In this document: in pieces, positions 63,778-64,000 of the stretch | Layout: each line of letters begins with the position of its first letter | Numbering within the stretch: position 1 is the stretch's first letter | From: Octopus bimaculoides | Lineage: Eukaryota | Direction: 5' to 3' | Length of the DNA: 64,000 nt | Assembly: GCF_001194135.2 (NCBI RefSeq) | Contig: NC_068985.1 | Location: forward strand, 107,540,459-107,604,458 | Notes under the pieces: generated by a model | Seen by the model: only the letters and a program-made list of their open reading frames with translations | What the model was told of the DNA's origin: nothing | Databases searched by the model: none | Position numbers and translations under genes: made by a program

Positions 63778-64000
63778 ATCATCATCATCATCGTTTAACG
63801 TCCGCTTTCCATGTTAGCATGGGTTGGACGATTTGACTGAGGACTGGTGAAACCGGATGGCAACACCAGGCTCCAGTCTGATTTGGCAGAGTTTCTACAG
63901 CTGGATGCCCTTCCTAACGCCAACCACTCAGAGAGTGTAGTGGGTGCTTTTACGTGTCACCCGCACGAAAACGGCCACGCTCGAAATGGTGTCTTTTATG
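63778..64000 (-). mobile_element. 3'-end copy of the PHD-RTE family (runs off the window)
   Basis: CATCATCATCGTTTAACGTCCGCTTTCCATG... Confidence 0.9.

Overview
AT-rich, microsatellite-dense eukaryotic scaffold with six N-gaps. The repeat families look like those of a coleoid cephalopod (Octopus-like); this is inferred from the repeats and not verified. The one well-supported protein-coding gene is a minus-strand FAM107/DRR1-family gene. Its core exons are 26062-26213, 24386-24539 and 19802-19921 (141 aa), with an in-frame upstream exon at 28810-28870 and a possible 6-nt microexon at 29115-29120. A CpG-rich promoter-like region (NRF1 palindrome, YY1, CCAAT) at about 8.85-9.15 kb has candidate exons on both sides, but I could not assign a product. 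The rest is retroposons (three tRNA-derived SINE families, two to three RTE-type LINE families including one with a PHD finger, R4/Dong, CR1-group and Penelope remnants, a hammerhead-bearing SINE), DNA transposon relics (mariner, hAT, piggyBac-like and Merlin-like MITEs, foldback palindromes) and simple repeats. The most unusual signals are a predicted long-range RNA duplex over the FAM107 stop codon with A-C mismatches, an AUGA-coupled downstream ORF, the candidate microexon, a tRNA-head plus hammerhead element, and a MITE whose whole interior is a 6x85-bp array.
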